NCBI RefSeq assembly: GCF_028641065.1
Contig: NC_073405.1
Location: 15,996,001-16,060,000, forward strand
Length of the DNA: 64,000 nucleotides
Direction: 5' to 3'
From: Leucoraja erinacea
Taxonomy: Eukaryota
The notes beneath the pieces are model-generated. The model saw only the letters and a list, made by a program, of their open reading frames with translations, was not told the DNA's origin and did not search any database. Numbering within the stretch: position 1 is the stretch's first letter; every line of letters begins with the position of its first letter. Both the position numbers and the translations under genes were made by a program. Shown here in pieces: positions 12,251 to 25,666 of this stretch.

Positions 12251-14544
12251 ATCCACCATATGGTGAAGTCATTAATCATGAATGCAAAAAAACCATGAGA
12301 GTTAGATTTGGCTCTGAGCACTAAGGGAATCAAGGGATATGGGGGGAAAAGCCATAACAGGGTACTGATTTTGGATGATCAGACATGATCATATTGAATG
12401 GCAGTTCTGGCTCGAAGGGCCGAATGGCCTACTCCTGCACTTATTTTCAATGTTTCTATGATGCAACTTCATTAAACACATTTTGGCAATAACTGGGGTA
12501 CTGATGAATGACATGCTGAATTGAACATTCAAGAGAATGCAAACAATGACAAAGCAACTTTATTATCCAAGAACAAATAACTGCAGATGCTGATTTATAC
12601 AAAAGGCATAAATTTCACAACTTTTCTATCCCCGAGCTTGACAATTCACGACTCTCATTTTCAGTCTTACATCTGCTTTTTCATCCCTGGCCTTTGTCAA
12701 GAACCTCCTCCCCCCTCCTCCTCCCCACCTGTGTTCACCTATTACCAACCATGTTTTGTCCTGCCCCTCCTGTTTCCCAGCTTTCTTTCCCCATCCCCCA
12801 GCAATCAGTCTGATGAAGGGTCCAGATCCAAAAGGTCACCTATCCATGTTCTCCAGCAATGCCAAGTTACTGCAGCATTGTGTTTTTCTTTATTATATCA
12901 GGCTCAATAACAAGCTGGCAGGTTTGCACTGTACCCCTCAAAGGACAATAAACGATTTATTGGATGTGTTACCCAGAATTAAAGGCCGTGCTTCATATGG
13001 AGACAGACAATTAGAAAATGGAATATAATTTCTTCCTCTGCAATGGACACAGAATGTAATCCCCATCCTCTTGAAATAAAGATCAACACTGCATTTGCCC
13101 ATTAATTTTTTTCTGTCCACCATATTCATCCACCCAGCTTTTTGACTGTCAGTTCCCTGCAGCAAAGTTCACATCTCTTAAAAAATACCCTACTCCTTGC
13201 ATCATGTCCACTGTGGATGATCTCATACTCAGGCTGAACACCATCAGGCACATTTTTGCCCTTTCACCTAATCCTTCAATATTGTTTTCAACATTTTGAT
13301 CCTGGCTATACAATTTGTTTAACTTTTAACTTCATATTGCCAAAAAAATTTAGATATTTGGTCTTATTTCTTCATCCACATCATTTTTTCAAAAATGCAC
13401 GCAAAGCGGTCCACCCACTGCACGTACCTTGGTTGCTCTCTTATTGACCCATTTAAATCCTCCACCCCAAGTCCTTCAAGACTTAAATGGACATAGGCCA
13501 CAGTAGGATGCATTGCCAACTGAGTCTGATCATTAGACTAGAAACAAGGAACTACAGATGCTGGTTTACAAACAGGACAGGCGTCATCTCTGGATAACAT
13601 GAATAGTGATGTTTAGGTTGGGATCCTTCTTCAAACTGATTGTAGGAAAGAAAAGTGAAAGAGAGGAGGGAAACCCAAAATGCCACCTATCCGTGTTCTC
13701 CAGTGATACTGCCTGACACGTTGAGTTACTCCAGCACTGTGTGGCTGATTGTTAAACTGTTGTGTCTACCAAAAACTGCTCGCTGTTATAGGATTATCCT
13801 CAAATGCAAAGATAACATCTGTCTCATTTTCTTTGCTGCAAGCAAACATCTTTAACCTCTAGCCTCTGCTGTCATTTACAGTACAATTTGAGTCTGGAAT
13901 GCACTACATTGGTGGAGGCAGGTTTAAATGTCAGCTTCAAGAGGGAACTGCATAAATATATGAGTGTAGAGATATTGCATGACCATGGAGAAGAGGCAAT
14001 GTGGCTCATGAAGTATACTTGAAGAGCTGACATTGCAGATTGAGCAAAAAAGTGGAACCGAAATGCAATTCAGAGCAAGAAATTGGAGAGAACAGCCATT
14101 TACTGTGCAATACTAATCTTTTGTTTATTTTCATGGAATCATATTATACAACAGATACAATATTGATTTAAATATTGAGCTACTGTTATATTTGAAATGT
14201 GGCTGCATTGTGAGTTCATACATCTGTGACAGATGTTTGGATGTGTCACTTTTACCCTGATCGTTACCAAATACAAACAGTACAACCCACTAAAGCAATT
14301 ACAAACTAGTATTCAGGGTGTGTAGGAAAGAACTACAGATACTGGTTTAAATTGAAGCTAGACACAAAATGCTGGAGTAACTCAGCAGGACACGCAGCAT
14401 TTCTGGAGAGAAAGAATGGGTGGCATTTTGGCTCGAGAGCCTTCCTCAGACTGATCTGTGATATATGATCACCCTGCAGTATTCAGGGTGCAGGTTTCCT
14501 CAGCCATAATTTTTGATTTGTCCTTTCCTGTACTGCTTGCTTTT

Positions 14545-15590
14545 AGACTAGAGATTTTAGAGCTACTATGCAAAACAGCCCCATTGGCTCACTGAGTTTG
14601 CACCCCCAGCTATCACCCCCATACACCAACACTATCCTACATCCTAGGTTCAATTTACAATTTTACAAGAGCCAATTGACCTACAAACCTGTACGTCTTG
14701 AGTGTGGAAGGAAATCGGAGCATCCGGAGAAAACCCACGCAGTCACAGTGGGTATATTAATGATTTGGACAAAGGGATTGAAGGCTTTGTGGCAAAGTTT
14801 GTGGATGATACGAAAATAGGTGGAGAGGCAGGTAGTGTAGAGAAAGCAGGGACTCTGCAAAAGGACTTCGACAGTTTGGGAGAGTGGGCAGAGAAGTAGT
14901 AAAGAAAGCAAAAACTCAATGCTACCATTTATTTCCAAGGGGGCTTGTATACAAAAACAGGGGTGTAATGTTGAGGCTCAATAAGGTGCTGGTAAGGCCA
15001 CCTTTGGAATATTGTGAGCAATTTTGGGCACCATATCTGAGGAAGGATGTGCTGACTCTGGAGAGGGTCCAGAGGAGGTTTACAAGAATGATCCCAGGAA
15101 TGAGCAGGCTAACCTATGATTAGCATTTGTCAGCACTGGGCCTGTACTCGCTAGAGTTTAGAAGAATGGGGGGAGGGACGGGGGGACCTCATTGAAACAT
15201 GTAGAATAGTGAAAGGCTTCGATAGAGTTGGTGTGGAGAGGATGTTTCCAATAGTGTGGTCAATAGGTCAGAGCCTCAAAATTAAACAACATTCTTTTAG
15301 GAAGGAGATGAGGTGAAATTTATTTTGTCAGAGGGTGGTCAATCTGTGGAATTCTTTACCACAGACGGCTTGTCAGTGGATATTTTTAAGGCAGAGATAG
15401 ATAGATTCTTGATTAGTACAAGTGTCAGAGGTTATGGGGAGAAGACAGGAGATTGGGCTTAGGAGGGAGAGATAAATCAGCTATGATTAAACGGCAGAGT
15501 AGACTTGATGACCTAATACTAATCCTATTCTTTACGACAGTGAGAATGTAAAACTCCGTACAGACAACACCCATAGTCAGGGTCGAACAC
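14545..15590 (-). mobile_element. HE1-type SINE split by a CR1 LINE insertion
   Basis: The SINE halves 14545-14750 and 15537-15590 join seamlessly at a duplicated ACAGTG. Confidence 0.8.
14751..15536 (+). mobile_element. 5'-truncated CR1 LINE (RT C-terminus and 3' UTR), internally deleted
   Basis: Encodes YINDLDKGIEGFVAKFVDDTKIGG and LVRPPLEYCEQFWAPYLRKDVLTLERVQRRFTRMIPG. Flanked by the 6-bp TSD ACAGTG. Confidence 0.9.
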
Positions 15591-15765
15591 CCCCCCCCCC
15601 TCCCACCGCAATTTAAAACAAGTAACGTCATGTCACAGGTTTTCTTGAAAATTGGGAACAGTTGCGACACGTCTGATAGCATCCGCTAAATACCAACACA
15701 TTCTTCATGTGCAGTTATTTAGTTTTAGATCCTTAAGACAAATGCTCAAAACAGTTTAAGGATAC

Positions 15766-15922
15766 GATATAGGTTGTTATGCTTAATCCACATGAATCGA
15801 ACTGCTCCATGCGACAAGATGGGCGTCAGAGAACACTCCTCTTCTTTATCCATCAGAATGGGCATAAAGTGCTCTATTTCTGACATCTCCACATCTCCTC
15901 GATAATTCCGACAAATTAAGAC
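15766..15922 (-). CDS. AP1M1: AP1M1 coding exon 2 (157 nt)
   Basis: Encodes VLICRNYRGDVEMSEIEHFMPILMDKEEECSLTPILSHGAVRFMWIKHNNLY. CAG acceptor, U12 donor. Confidence 0.97.
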
Positions 15923-16879
15923 CTGTGAAACAAAAGACACATTTTCCAATATTGCGACATGCACTGGAAAGCAATGCCATGACTTTGTTAATTTCATTAT
16001 TTCTAAAGCACCATTGACAACACAAATCATTCTACACCAGAGTAAGCACATATTACTGCACATTCATCATGTTGTCCTACGAGATGAAGGCAGTAAAGGG
16101 AGTGTACCTCCCAAACTACAATCTCTATCACCTAGAAAGTCAAAAGGTAACGGGCTGATCCTTTATTAAACACTGATTAGGCCACAACCCAGTTATTAGG
16201 TCATTATAATTTAGGAAGAATGTGAAGATTGTAGAGAGAAAGCTGAAACATTTACTAGAATAACTTCAGGTCTGGGAGATTTCAGCTGTAAAATTAGATG
16301 AGAGGCTGAGATTTATCTTTTCCTTTGGTGCAAAATCGTTTGAAAGGCAACTTAATAAGTGATGTGCAAACCCCCCAGATTTAGTGATCAGCAAAAATAT
16401 GGTGCAAAAAACGTAAGGAAAGAATGATCAGGATCTAGCAATCACTGCCGGCGATGATGCTGTAAGAATCTATCAAAGTTTTCACGAGAGAACTGCTCAG
16501 GCAGGAGGAGAAATAATTAGTGGAAAGGACGGGGAGCTAAACCGATTAGATTGCTCCACACGCAGGTGGATGGAAAAAATGATTACATTGCATGGGAATA
16601 CTACCACCGACATGGTCCCAATTTGTGATGTTTAAATATTTCCAGGTCCAAATCGAAGATTCCAGTTTAAGCTGGAGTCCCAGGATGGCCACCTGTCAGT
16701 TGTGCCAAAACTTGCAAGTAATAATGAACTACAAAATGAAGTCAGACAATTTAGCTGGCAACAACACATCTTTCCCAAATGTGCTTGATGCATTCTATAT
16801 GTGATCTATACGTATTGAGGATTATTGGAATGTCATCCATCCTGTCAGTCTTGGGTGCCTCTGTACCATTGGTTGAAGA

Positions 16880-17450
16880 TGTTCAATCAGCCTTCCTTAG
16901 ATTGAACCCAAGGAAAAGCAACTGGCCCATATCGAGTCCGTGGCCACGTGCTCAGGACTTGCACCAACCAGCTTGCAGGACTGTTCACGTATATCTTTAA
17001 TCTCTCCCTACTCCATTCCAAGTTTGCCACCTTTAAGTTGGCTACTATCATCCCAGTGTAAAAGAAATACAAGGCAGCGTGCCTTAACAGCTTTGACATC
17101 CACCATTGTGAAGAGCTTCAAGAGGCTGGCCATGATACATGTTAACTCTAGCCTCCCAGACCATCTTGATTCACTGCAGTTTACCTACACTTGCAAAAGG
17201 TCTTCCTGGTCGTTCACACATCCATGAATCATCAGGATAACAAGGACACCTACATTACACTACTAATTGCTGACTAAACACCCAGCTTGTTTACCATAAT
17301 CCTATCCAAACTCCTGGATCTAGTGGTGTCAGTAAAATCTCATGCAATTAGATCCTCGACTTCTTAACCCATGAATGATAGTGAAGATATGCAATAAAAA
17401 CATCCTTCACGATAATTCTCAACACTAGTGCCCTACAAGGATGCGTTCCA
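16880..17450 (+). mobile_element. Decayed Rex1/Babar-like LINE RT fragment
   Basis: Remnants ALTSTIVKSFKRL, LDSLQFTY and ILDFLT, with frameshifts. Confidence 0.65.
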
Positions 17451-20400
17451 AATATAACAGCACACTGCAAATGCTGGCAGATCCTGTCACTCAGAATCAC
17501 TTCCAATAACTTTTCCACTGTTGTTCGGTCCACCGGCCTATCTTGTCTTTGTAAATCTTCTAAAATTAAGCCTTCCTCCAGCACTTTACTTGGCTCCTCC
17601 CCTCCCCAGCACTGATCTCTCCCATTGATACCATGGAACCCACTATACTTATGGCATGTTAACCTGGCATGGGTTCAGTGGATAGATTTTTTTATCCCAA
17701 GGGCTGGGATATATGAAGAGCATCATACGACCTTGTTGGATTCATAGTATGTCCAAATAACAACAGAGGTATTGTGACCAGCACACAGTTGAACAAAAGC
17801 CCAAGTTATATACTCCATTCAGGTATTGCCCCATTATGGCATCCCCCTGGTGGGTCCGTCTCAGATGAACAGTCACCCCCATTGTTAAAGACCTACGTCT
17901 TAATCAGATCTCACAAAAAGTAACCCAAAACCCATGGAGTTTTTTTTCCCTCTCGCCAGAAGCATTTATTCTCTTTCTATCCCCACAGGTGCCATCTGAC
18001 CTGATGAGTACTCTGAACATTTTTCCAATTTTAACAGTATTTTGCTTTGGACTTTTCATATTTAGATTTGCTCAGGTGCTTTTACACAAAAAAATTGTAC
18101 TCAGATAGCATGCTTCTGTAAACAGGTAGCCTAAATGAAAACAGGTTTAAACCCACAATGGTGAGGGCTTAAACATTTCCCACAGATGATATTCTGCCAG
18201 ATATTCAGTCCACAGCCATGCTCAGCGTGGGTTGCTTGTGCATTTAATATAATTAAGGCTAACCACAAATTTGGATAGCAGATTACATTAATATGCGCAA
18301 CAAATTAAAGACAACTGTTTACACAAGATAATAAAATGAATTACCGGCAATTCTATAAAGGAATGCATCTCATTCCGATTAATTTTCTTGTGTTTTTCCA
18401 GTAAAATATTGAACATTTTTAAGTTAATTTGTTGTGTCTTGTCTTTGTGTGATAACCTTTAAAAACACCTCACCCACAGGAGCAGCCTATTTTGCAGCCG
18501 AACAGTAATTCAGAGAGACCTGGCTTTGCCTTTTGCAGCGAAGCAGGCAATCATTGGAGGCTTCAACGCAAAAAAAAAGCAGGCAACAAAGATCTAGTAA
18601 AAATCAGCAGATTTTGAAATATTAAATTACATTTGTAGAATTATGAAAGAACAAAGATTCTGTTAATGATAATTTCTTACAGTATTGTTAAAAACATGAT
18701 CAACTGCGGTACAGCATTTTACAAAGAGGCCATCACCAAATGTTCCTAATGCAAACAACTCCTTGAAATGCAGGAGATGTTACAACATTGTGCATAATAT
18801 ACAAACACAGGAAAATGAGAGGGAAATTCTCTCCATGAGAATTAAGAAACACCCAATTGATCTGTGCATTTTCTGGTCGTGCAAAAAACTATCATGCAAA
18901 TGTGCCTGGAAACCTTCAAACTCACATACTATCCTCTCAGCATCAACATCTATTTAGACTATTTCTTACACTTCCATTTACTGAAATGGCTGGAGGGATT
19001 CTCTGCTTAACCAATGGAATAATTGTCCATATCCTCCTTTGTCATTCCTAGGTCCTTTGAACATCTTGTTTATTCCAAAAAAATAAATTGCTGGAGGAAC
19101 TCAGCTGGTCAGAGAATCTGTGGTGGGAATAGACAGATGACAGCCTGGGACCCTTTTACAAAGTGGATCCGAAACATTGTCTGTCCTTTCCCTCCACAGA
19201 TGCTGCCTGACCTGCTAAGTTCCTTCAGCACTGTTTCTTGCTCAAGATTCCAGCATCTGCATTTTCTTGTGTCCCCTCTCCTCTATTCCTGTTGCTTAGC
19301 CCACTATTTGATTTTTTGTATTTAGTTCAAAACCACATTGGCCATGTCTCTTCAGGCCTCAGGTGTTGTTGCTTAGAACCTATAATCTTGGTTCTCATGC
19401 TCTTCCCCTTTATAGCTTCAATTTATCTAACAATGTATCTACCAGCCAATTTCAATCTATACAGTTTGGCTTCTAATAACTTGATGTATCTGAATTACCA
19501 CATTCAAACAGCAGTTGTAGCTCCCAAACCATTTATTCCAAAGTAATACACCTTACAAATTCCTTCTTTAGAACCATATACAGCAGTGAGATGGCAAAAT
19601 AAAAAGAACTGACAGAACACATTTCAATGCATTGCATAATTTATTTTGAAGTAATTCGAAATCAGTAATTCTGTGCCAGCCACTGCATTTATTCATTCAC
19701 AGGGTGAAAAGCAGTTAATCTAACAGTGCAAGTCAAAGATGGAAGCTTGACCAGAGTCTGGAAAGGTTCTGCAATTCCTTTAATTTAGTGTCACAGGCCG
19801 ATTAAGATCCATCGGTACGGCAATAACAGTTTCCAAGTCTAATGTCTTGCAGACTGCCGTCAACAAGATAATTGCTAGCAGCCTTTTCTTCTCAAATATC
19901 CAGACACAGTCTTGAGTGGAGGGTCAAAATGTGCTGCATGTTCTTTCATAATGTGTACCAATCCATTTTTTAGTAAAGTTCATAAAGTGAACTCTCATTT
20001 TCCAGAAGCAACAGTGAAATTTGCAGGATTTTCTGAAATAATACGTGTTACTCGAATACAAAATATTGGTTAACCAAATAACACTTTAAACTAAAATGAT
20101 CCATCGAAAAATACTGACATGTTTAGATACAGAATACTTCAAAATACAGTGACAATAGTACATTCATTTATAAAGTGTTGAAGGTAAAAGCTAAATCTAC
20201 AAAGGATCCCCTGATGAAAGGTAATTGACCCGAAATGTTCATTCCAGTTGCCCAGTATCCAAAGGGTCCTGTCGTCAGACTGCTTCAAGTCTTCAAAATA
20301 TTTGCAGAAATTTAGAATATGTTTTGCCAAGCATTTGGTGAGACTGGAGCGTGGATTGGACTTGTAAAATGGCACCTAACATGTCACCTCGTGCATGGGG

Positions 20401-21108
20401 GCTCAATAGACTATTTCTGTACAAATGCTAATCAGGGGTGGTATGGTGATACTCTCTTGGACTGTTTGTAAGAAAATAATTTCACTTTGCACTTTGTGAC
20501 AATAAAGCACCGTTGAACTAAAACCTTACAATATCATTAATTTTAGAAATGGATATTAAAAGATACAGAATTAAGATCCAACCCAGCCAACAGAAAGGCT
20601 CTCTTCTACTCAGGCTGACTCCAGTTCTGTGGACTTTGACCTGGTTGATGAGGCCAATATGGGACCCACAGCCTCGCTTGACGGGGCAGGCAAATGGAAA
20701 ACGTGAAAGGTTGTGCACACCTGCCGATGTTAATTCTAGATTTCTGTGTGGCTTTCTGTGTCCACCTGACACATGCACTTGAGATTCTTGATGCCATCCC
20801 CATTTCTCCATCCTCATTTTAAGTGGTCATGATCCACCATTTCCACAAGTTATGGTTTCCCACGATTTATCGGGGTGGCTTCAAAACCATCTTCAAATAG
20901 TTAAGTGTCCACCTGATAATCCCTTACAATGATAAATCTCAGAACAGCTTTTGTATTTCAGGTGTCTGGTATCAAGAGTGCAAAAGACATGGCCTGTCAA
21001 TCGATGCTGACAAAATGTCATTAGAACCACATTCCTTGAGATGCTGGCCTGGGAGACATTGGTCCACTTATTGCAGGATTTTGCAAAGACCAAATATCCA
21101 GTGCTTTG

Positions 21109-21317
21109 AGTTTAAGAAGGAACTGCAGATGCTGGAAAATCGAAGGTATACAAAAATGCTGGAGAAACTCAGCGGGTGCAGCAGCATCTATGGAGCGAAG
21201 GAGATAGGCAACGTTTTGGGCTGAAACCTAAAGGGTTTCAGCCCAAAACGTTGCCTATCTCCTTCGCTCCATAGATGCTGCTGCACCCGCTGAGTTTCTC
21301 CAGCATTTTTGTGTACC
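21109..21317. mobile_element. Penelope-like inverted terminal repeat forming an 84-bp hairpin
   Basis: Arms 21145-21228 and 21234-21317 are reverse complements with one mismatch. Confidence 0.85.
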
Positions 21318-21498
21318 ATCCAGTACTTAGAGATGTCCACTTCCTCTGCCCTTTCTTTGTCGCACCTGACCATGAAGGCTGAGCAGCTCATAAGGAATAG
21401 GAGTAGAATTAGGCCATTCAGCCAATCAAGTCTACTCCGCCATTCAATCATGACAGATCTATCTCTCCCTCCTAACGCCATTCTCCCCACAATCTCTG

Positions 21499-22860
21499 AC
21501 ACCAGGCGAGGAAAGAGCTGAGGAGACTCCACCGAGGCAAAGCCACGGGTCCCGATGGTGTCAGGCCTAAGGTACTCAAGGCGTGTGCCAGCCAGTTGTG
21601 TGGAGTACTCCAGCATATCTTCAACCCGAGGCTGGTCCTGGAGAGGGTTCCTTTGATGTGATGCGACCCCTGACTAAACCCAACCTGGACCCCCTGCAGT
21701 TTGCTTACCAAACAAAGATGGGGGGCTGCTCCATCTTTCCTAAGCTCACATGGATAAGCCGGTAAGCCCTGTGAGGGTCATGTTTTTTGACTTCCCCAGG
21801 GCTTTTAACACCATCCGGCTGGCACTGCTCGGGAGCAAACTGACAAAGATGCAGGTGGTGTCCTGGATCACCAACTACCTGACTGGATGACCACAATATG
21901 TCAGGCTATGGAACTGTGTCTCGGATACGGTAGTGAGCAACATAGGGGACAATCCTCTCTCCCTTCCTGTTCACCATCTACACCTCGGACTTCAGATATA
22001 ACTTGGACTCCCGCCTCCTGCAGAAGTTTTCAGATGACTCTGCAATTGTGGGTTCATCAGTGAGGGGAGGGAAGCTGAATAGAGAGGTGTAGTTAATGAC
22101 TTTGTTGAGTGGTGTGGACTGAATCACCTGCAGCTCAACACCGACAAGACTAAGGAGTTAGTAGCGGACTTTAGGAGAGGAACACCATTGTCTCTATCAA
22201 TGGTGTGGATGTGCAGTTTACCAGGGAGCACAAATACCTTGGAGTGTACCTAAACAGTAAACTGGACTGGTCCAGGAACGCTGAGGGCCTGTACAAGAAG
22301 GGACAGAGCCGCTGCACATTTTGAGAAGGCTCTGCAGTAAGAGGCTCCAGGTGTTCGACTAATCGGTGGTAGCGACTGCCATCACCAGCTGTCGTGTGCT
22401 GGGGCAACAGTGTGAAGGTCACGGACGCCAATAGGATTAACAAACTCATCAAGAAGGCTGGCTCCGTCCTGGGGGCGGAGTTAGGTTCATGGGAAGTGGT
22501 CTTGGAGGGGACGATGCTCTTCAAAATGCGGAGCATCTTGGACAATACTGCTCACCCTCTCCATGACACACTGGTCAATCTGCGGAGTACCTTCAGCAAC
22601 CGATTACTTCCACCAAAATGCAGTACAGAATGCCATAGGAGATCCTTCTTCTCTGTGGTTATCAAACTGTACAACTCCTCCCCCTTCTGTCATGGGGTAG
22701 ACTGATTCCCCCCACCCACCAATTTTTGCACATCCTCAATCCTTCCCACTTGTTACTTTAATTTCATGTTTCATGTATTTTGTGTTTTATTACTGTTGGT
22801 AGATCAATTTCCCTCCTGGGATAAATAAAGTTCTATCGTGTCATTACCATATCGTATCGT
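21499..22860 (+). mobile_element. Rex1/Babar non-LTR retrotransposon, 5'-truncated and degenerate
   Basis: Motifs KATGPDGV, LKACASQLCGV, LDPLQFAYQ, WITNYLT, LSPFLFTIYTSDF, KFSDDSAIVG and HPLH..RRSFF. AATAAA followed by a (TATCG)n-like tail. Confidence 0.88.
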
Positions 22861-24279
22861 AGTACATGTCTCAAAAACCTGCAAGACAGCATTGATCACT
22901 CTGGTTTCACAGATAGCAAACTTTGTGCTTGGTATAAAACTATAAATGATGAACAATGGCTCCAGTGGCTGAATGGCCATTACCTATTCATTTGTTGCAA
23001 AGCTTCAGAAATTGTTGAACATAAGTTAGGTATTAAACTAAGGATCAGTCTGCCCATGCAGGTAGACATATGCATTTATTATCCACTGTCTCAAACAGAG
23101 GTAATTGAGAGCCAACCATATAGGTAGTACAGAAGTAGCATAATGAATAGATCAGCTAAGGGAGATTTCTTTCCTTGAAGAATATTAGTGAACCAGCAGT
23201 TTATGACACCTGCTTTTGGTTCTAAATTGTAGATTTGTTTGAAGTTAAATTTTAAAGCCGTCACAGTGGGATTTGAACCCATGTTTGGAATCATTGCTCC
23301 AGAAGTCTTGCTGTTTACAGTAACTTCACGGCTACATTATTGCACTTTGTGTAAACTGGTTTATTCTCTGTACCATACTAACAAAGGTAATTGTAGATCA
23401 TTGACCCTTGGGTAATAGGTGCCCCGTATATAAAATATATATATATTTTTCCCCCTATAGCATCACTCAAAACCTCAGACACATTGCAGTGTTTCAAGGC
23501 TGATGTCATTGTTGTAACACAGAAATAAAATATCAACGCATGCATGTTATGATCCTACAAACAGCACAATTCAGACAGATGACATCCTGGAACATAACTG
23601 AATCAACCCACTGCCTGCTCCCACTGACCACAAGACAGTCAGTGGAGCACAACACTAATATCCACATGGAACAAGCTTCCCACTAGCCACATATGGGGAA
23701 GCCGTATTTCCCAAATCGAGGCAATCAAATCAATCCACTGCAATTATCTGGCTGGATGAAGGTGAAAACCTTTGCTCAGTCCACTCCAATCATCCCAAGG
23801 TACAGGAGATCTGCAGAAACCTTATTGTACACACATTCCTGGGAGCACCAGAGTGAGAAAACTAAAGGTAATGGAAGGTGCCATATTGTGACTCTTCTCT
23901 CGTCTGACCTGGCATTTTAAACCTGTTATTCTACCTTACTCATTGCCCCCATTTAACCTACTTGAGCTGGATTACACACAATTCCAATCAAGCAAATTCT
24001 AATCCCAAAATTGTCCCAATGAATACTTTACCTATTTTATGGTCACATACCAAGGCTCACTCCCTACATCCTGTCACATTGCAGCTATAAAAGCTGGTCT
24101 CAGATTGTCATAAATCCATCTGGTTCAATAATAATTAAATCCATAGTCCTTTTTTAAGTATGCACCTCCTATGCATTCTCACACATTGCCTTACCTTAGC
24201 CTTCACTTTAAAACAAATTATATTTGACACGACAGAGGAAAGGGGTAGGATAGTACAGATGGAGGCGGGCTGGGGTGCA

Positions 24280-24842
24280 GCGAGGAGACTGGGGAGGAGG
24301 ACCATGTGAGCACGTCGGGGTGCGGTGGGATGAGGGGACAGTGGGATGGAGGTGGGTGGGATATGGGGACAGCTGGGTGGGATATGGGGACTTTGAGTTG
24401 GGGTGGAATGTGGGGGCGTTGGTTGGGGTGGGGTGTGGTGTGGGGGAGTAGGGGGGGCGGGTAAGTGGGATGTGGGGATAGTGGGACTTGAGTGGGACTG
24501 TGGGGTGTTGTGGGTGGGATATGCAGACATAGGGGCAATGTAGGTGGGATGGGATGTGGGGACAGTGAGATGGGGGCACCGTGGGATGGGATGTGGGGAC
24601 AGTGGGGTGGGGGTGGGATGTGGGGACAGAGGGGTGGTTGTGGGGGGGGTTATGCGGACATAGGGGCAATGTAGGTGGGATGGGGGCACCGTGGGATGGG
24701 ATGTGGGATGTGGGGACAGTGAGATGGGGGTGGGTGGATGTGGGGACAGATGGGCGGGGAAGGTGGCATGTAAGATGAAAGGACGCTGAGTTGGGGACAC
24801 GGGGACGGAGTAGGTGGGGTGTGGGCACGGTGGGATGGGTGG
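24280..24842. repeat. G-rich degenerate minisatellite at the start of AP1M1 intron 1
   Basis: Repeated gtgggatgtggggacagtg, atgggggcaccgtgggatggg and gacataggggcaatgtaggtgggat units. Confidence 0.85.
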
Positions 24843-24902
24843 TACTAGCCCCTCCACTGGGGCCTGGAGGATCCAGCCCGCACATGCACTGCGCTTCCTT
24901 AC

Positions 24903-24944
24903 CTTCCCCTTCAGGTCCAGCACATAAACGGCTGAGGCCGACAT
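24903..24944 (-). CDS. AP1M1: AP1M1 coding exon 1 (42 nt)
   Basis: Encodes MSASAVYVLDLKGK followed by a GTAAGG donor; identical to the vertebrate mu1 N-terminus. Confidence 0.97.
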
Positions 24945-25250
24945 CTTCCCGCCGGCTGTCCAGCGCCCGGCCGCACCTCACGATCTGCGCCTCCCGGACA
25001 AGCGCTCACCGGAGAAAGGAAAGGGAAGGAAACCAGAACTCGCTCCAGCTACCCGGGCCGCAGCGTCACCATAACAGTACCGTCACTTCCGCAAACCGAG
25101 CAACAAGGCGCGTTGTGGTTGGCCAGGGCCGGCGAGGCACCCTTCGCCCCCATCACGTGGCAGATGTGGATGCATCCTGTGGTCAGAGGAATGGACTTAA
25201 CGTGAGCTGCGACTGGACATCTCGCACGATGAGCAAGTCACGCTGTAGTG
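24945..25250 (-). promoter_or_regulatory. CpG-island promoter and 5' UTR of AP1M1
   Basis: CpG-dense. ETS-type CACTTCCG near 25084 and E-box TCACGTG near 25153. Confidence 0.7.
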
Positions 25251-25356
25251 AAAGAGGGCAGAGGTAGATCAAATAAAACTAGCAAATGTGATAGAGGAGT
25301 GAACCAAATCTGTTTCTGTACTTGTACTCATCCCCATATTCACAGAGTGCGCCTGT

Positions 25357-25666
25357 AGGAAGATTGTTCCCGATGTTGGGGAAGTCCAGGACATGGGGTC
25401 ACAGTTTAAGGATAAAGGGGAAATCCTTTAGGACCGATATGAGAAAAACATTTTTCAGACAGAGTGGTGAATCTCTGGAACTCTCTGCCACAGAAGGTAG
25501 TTGAGGCCAGTTCATTGGTTATATTTAAGAGGGAGTTAAAGGGATCAAGGGGTATGGAGAGAAGGCAGGTACAGGATACTGAGTTGGATGATCAGCCATG
25601 ATCATATTGAATGGCGGTGCAGGCTCGAAGCGCCGAATGGCCTACTCCTGCACTGATTTTCTATGT
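25357..25666 (+). mobile_element. CR1 LINE 3' end
   Basis: Contains the HSLRIKGKSFRT remnant and the tail gatcagccatgatcatattgaatggcggtgcaggctcgaag..ttttctatg. Confidence 0.85.

Larger units (their letters stand above)
11047..15765 (-). other. AP1M1: U12-type (minor spliceosome) GT-AG intron 2 of AP1M1
   Basis: The 5' splice site is GTATCCTT. A branch-site-like GACCTTAAT (11057-11065) lies about 10 nt from the CAG acceptor, and there is no polypyrimidine tract. Confidence 0.9.

Noticed and set aside
24135-24981. Long Pro/His/Thr-rich ORFs (269 aa and 257 aa)
   Set aside because: Only the first 14 codons are AP1M1 exon 1. The rest is read-through into a stop-poor G/C minisatellite in intron 1.
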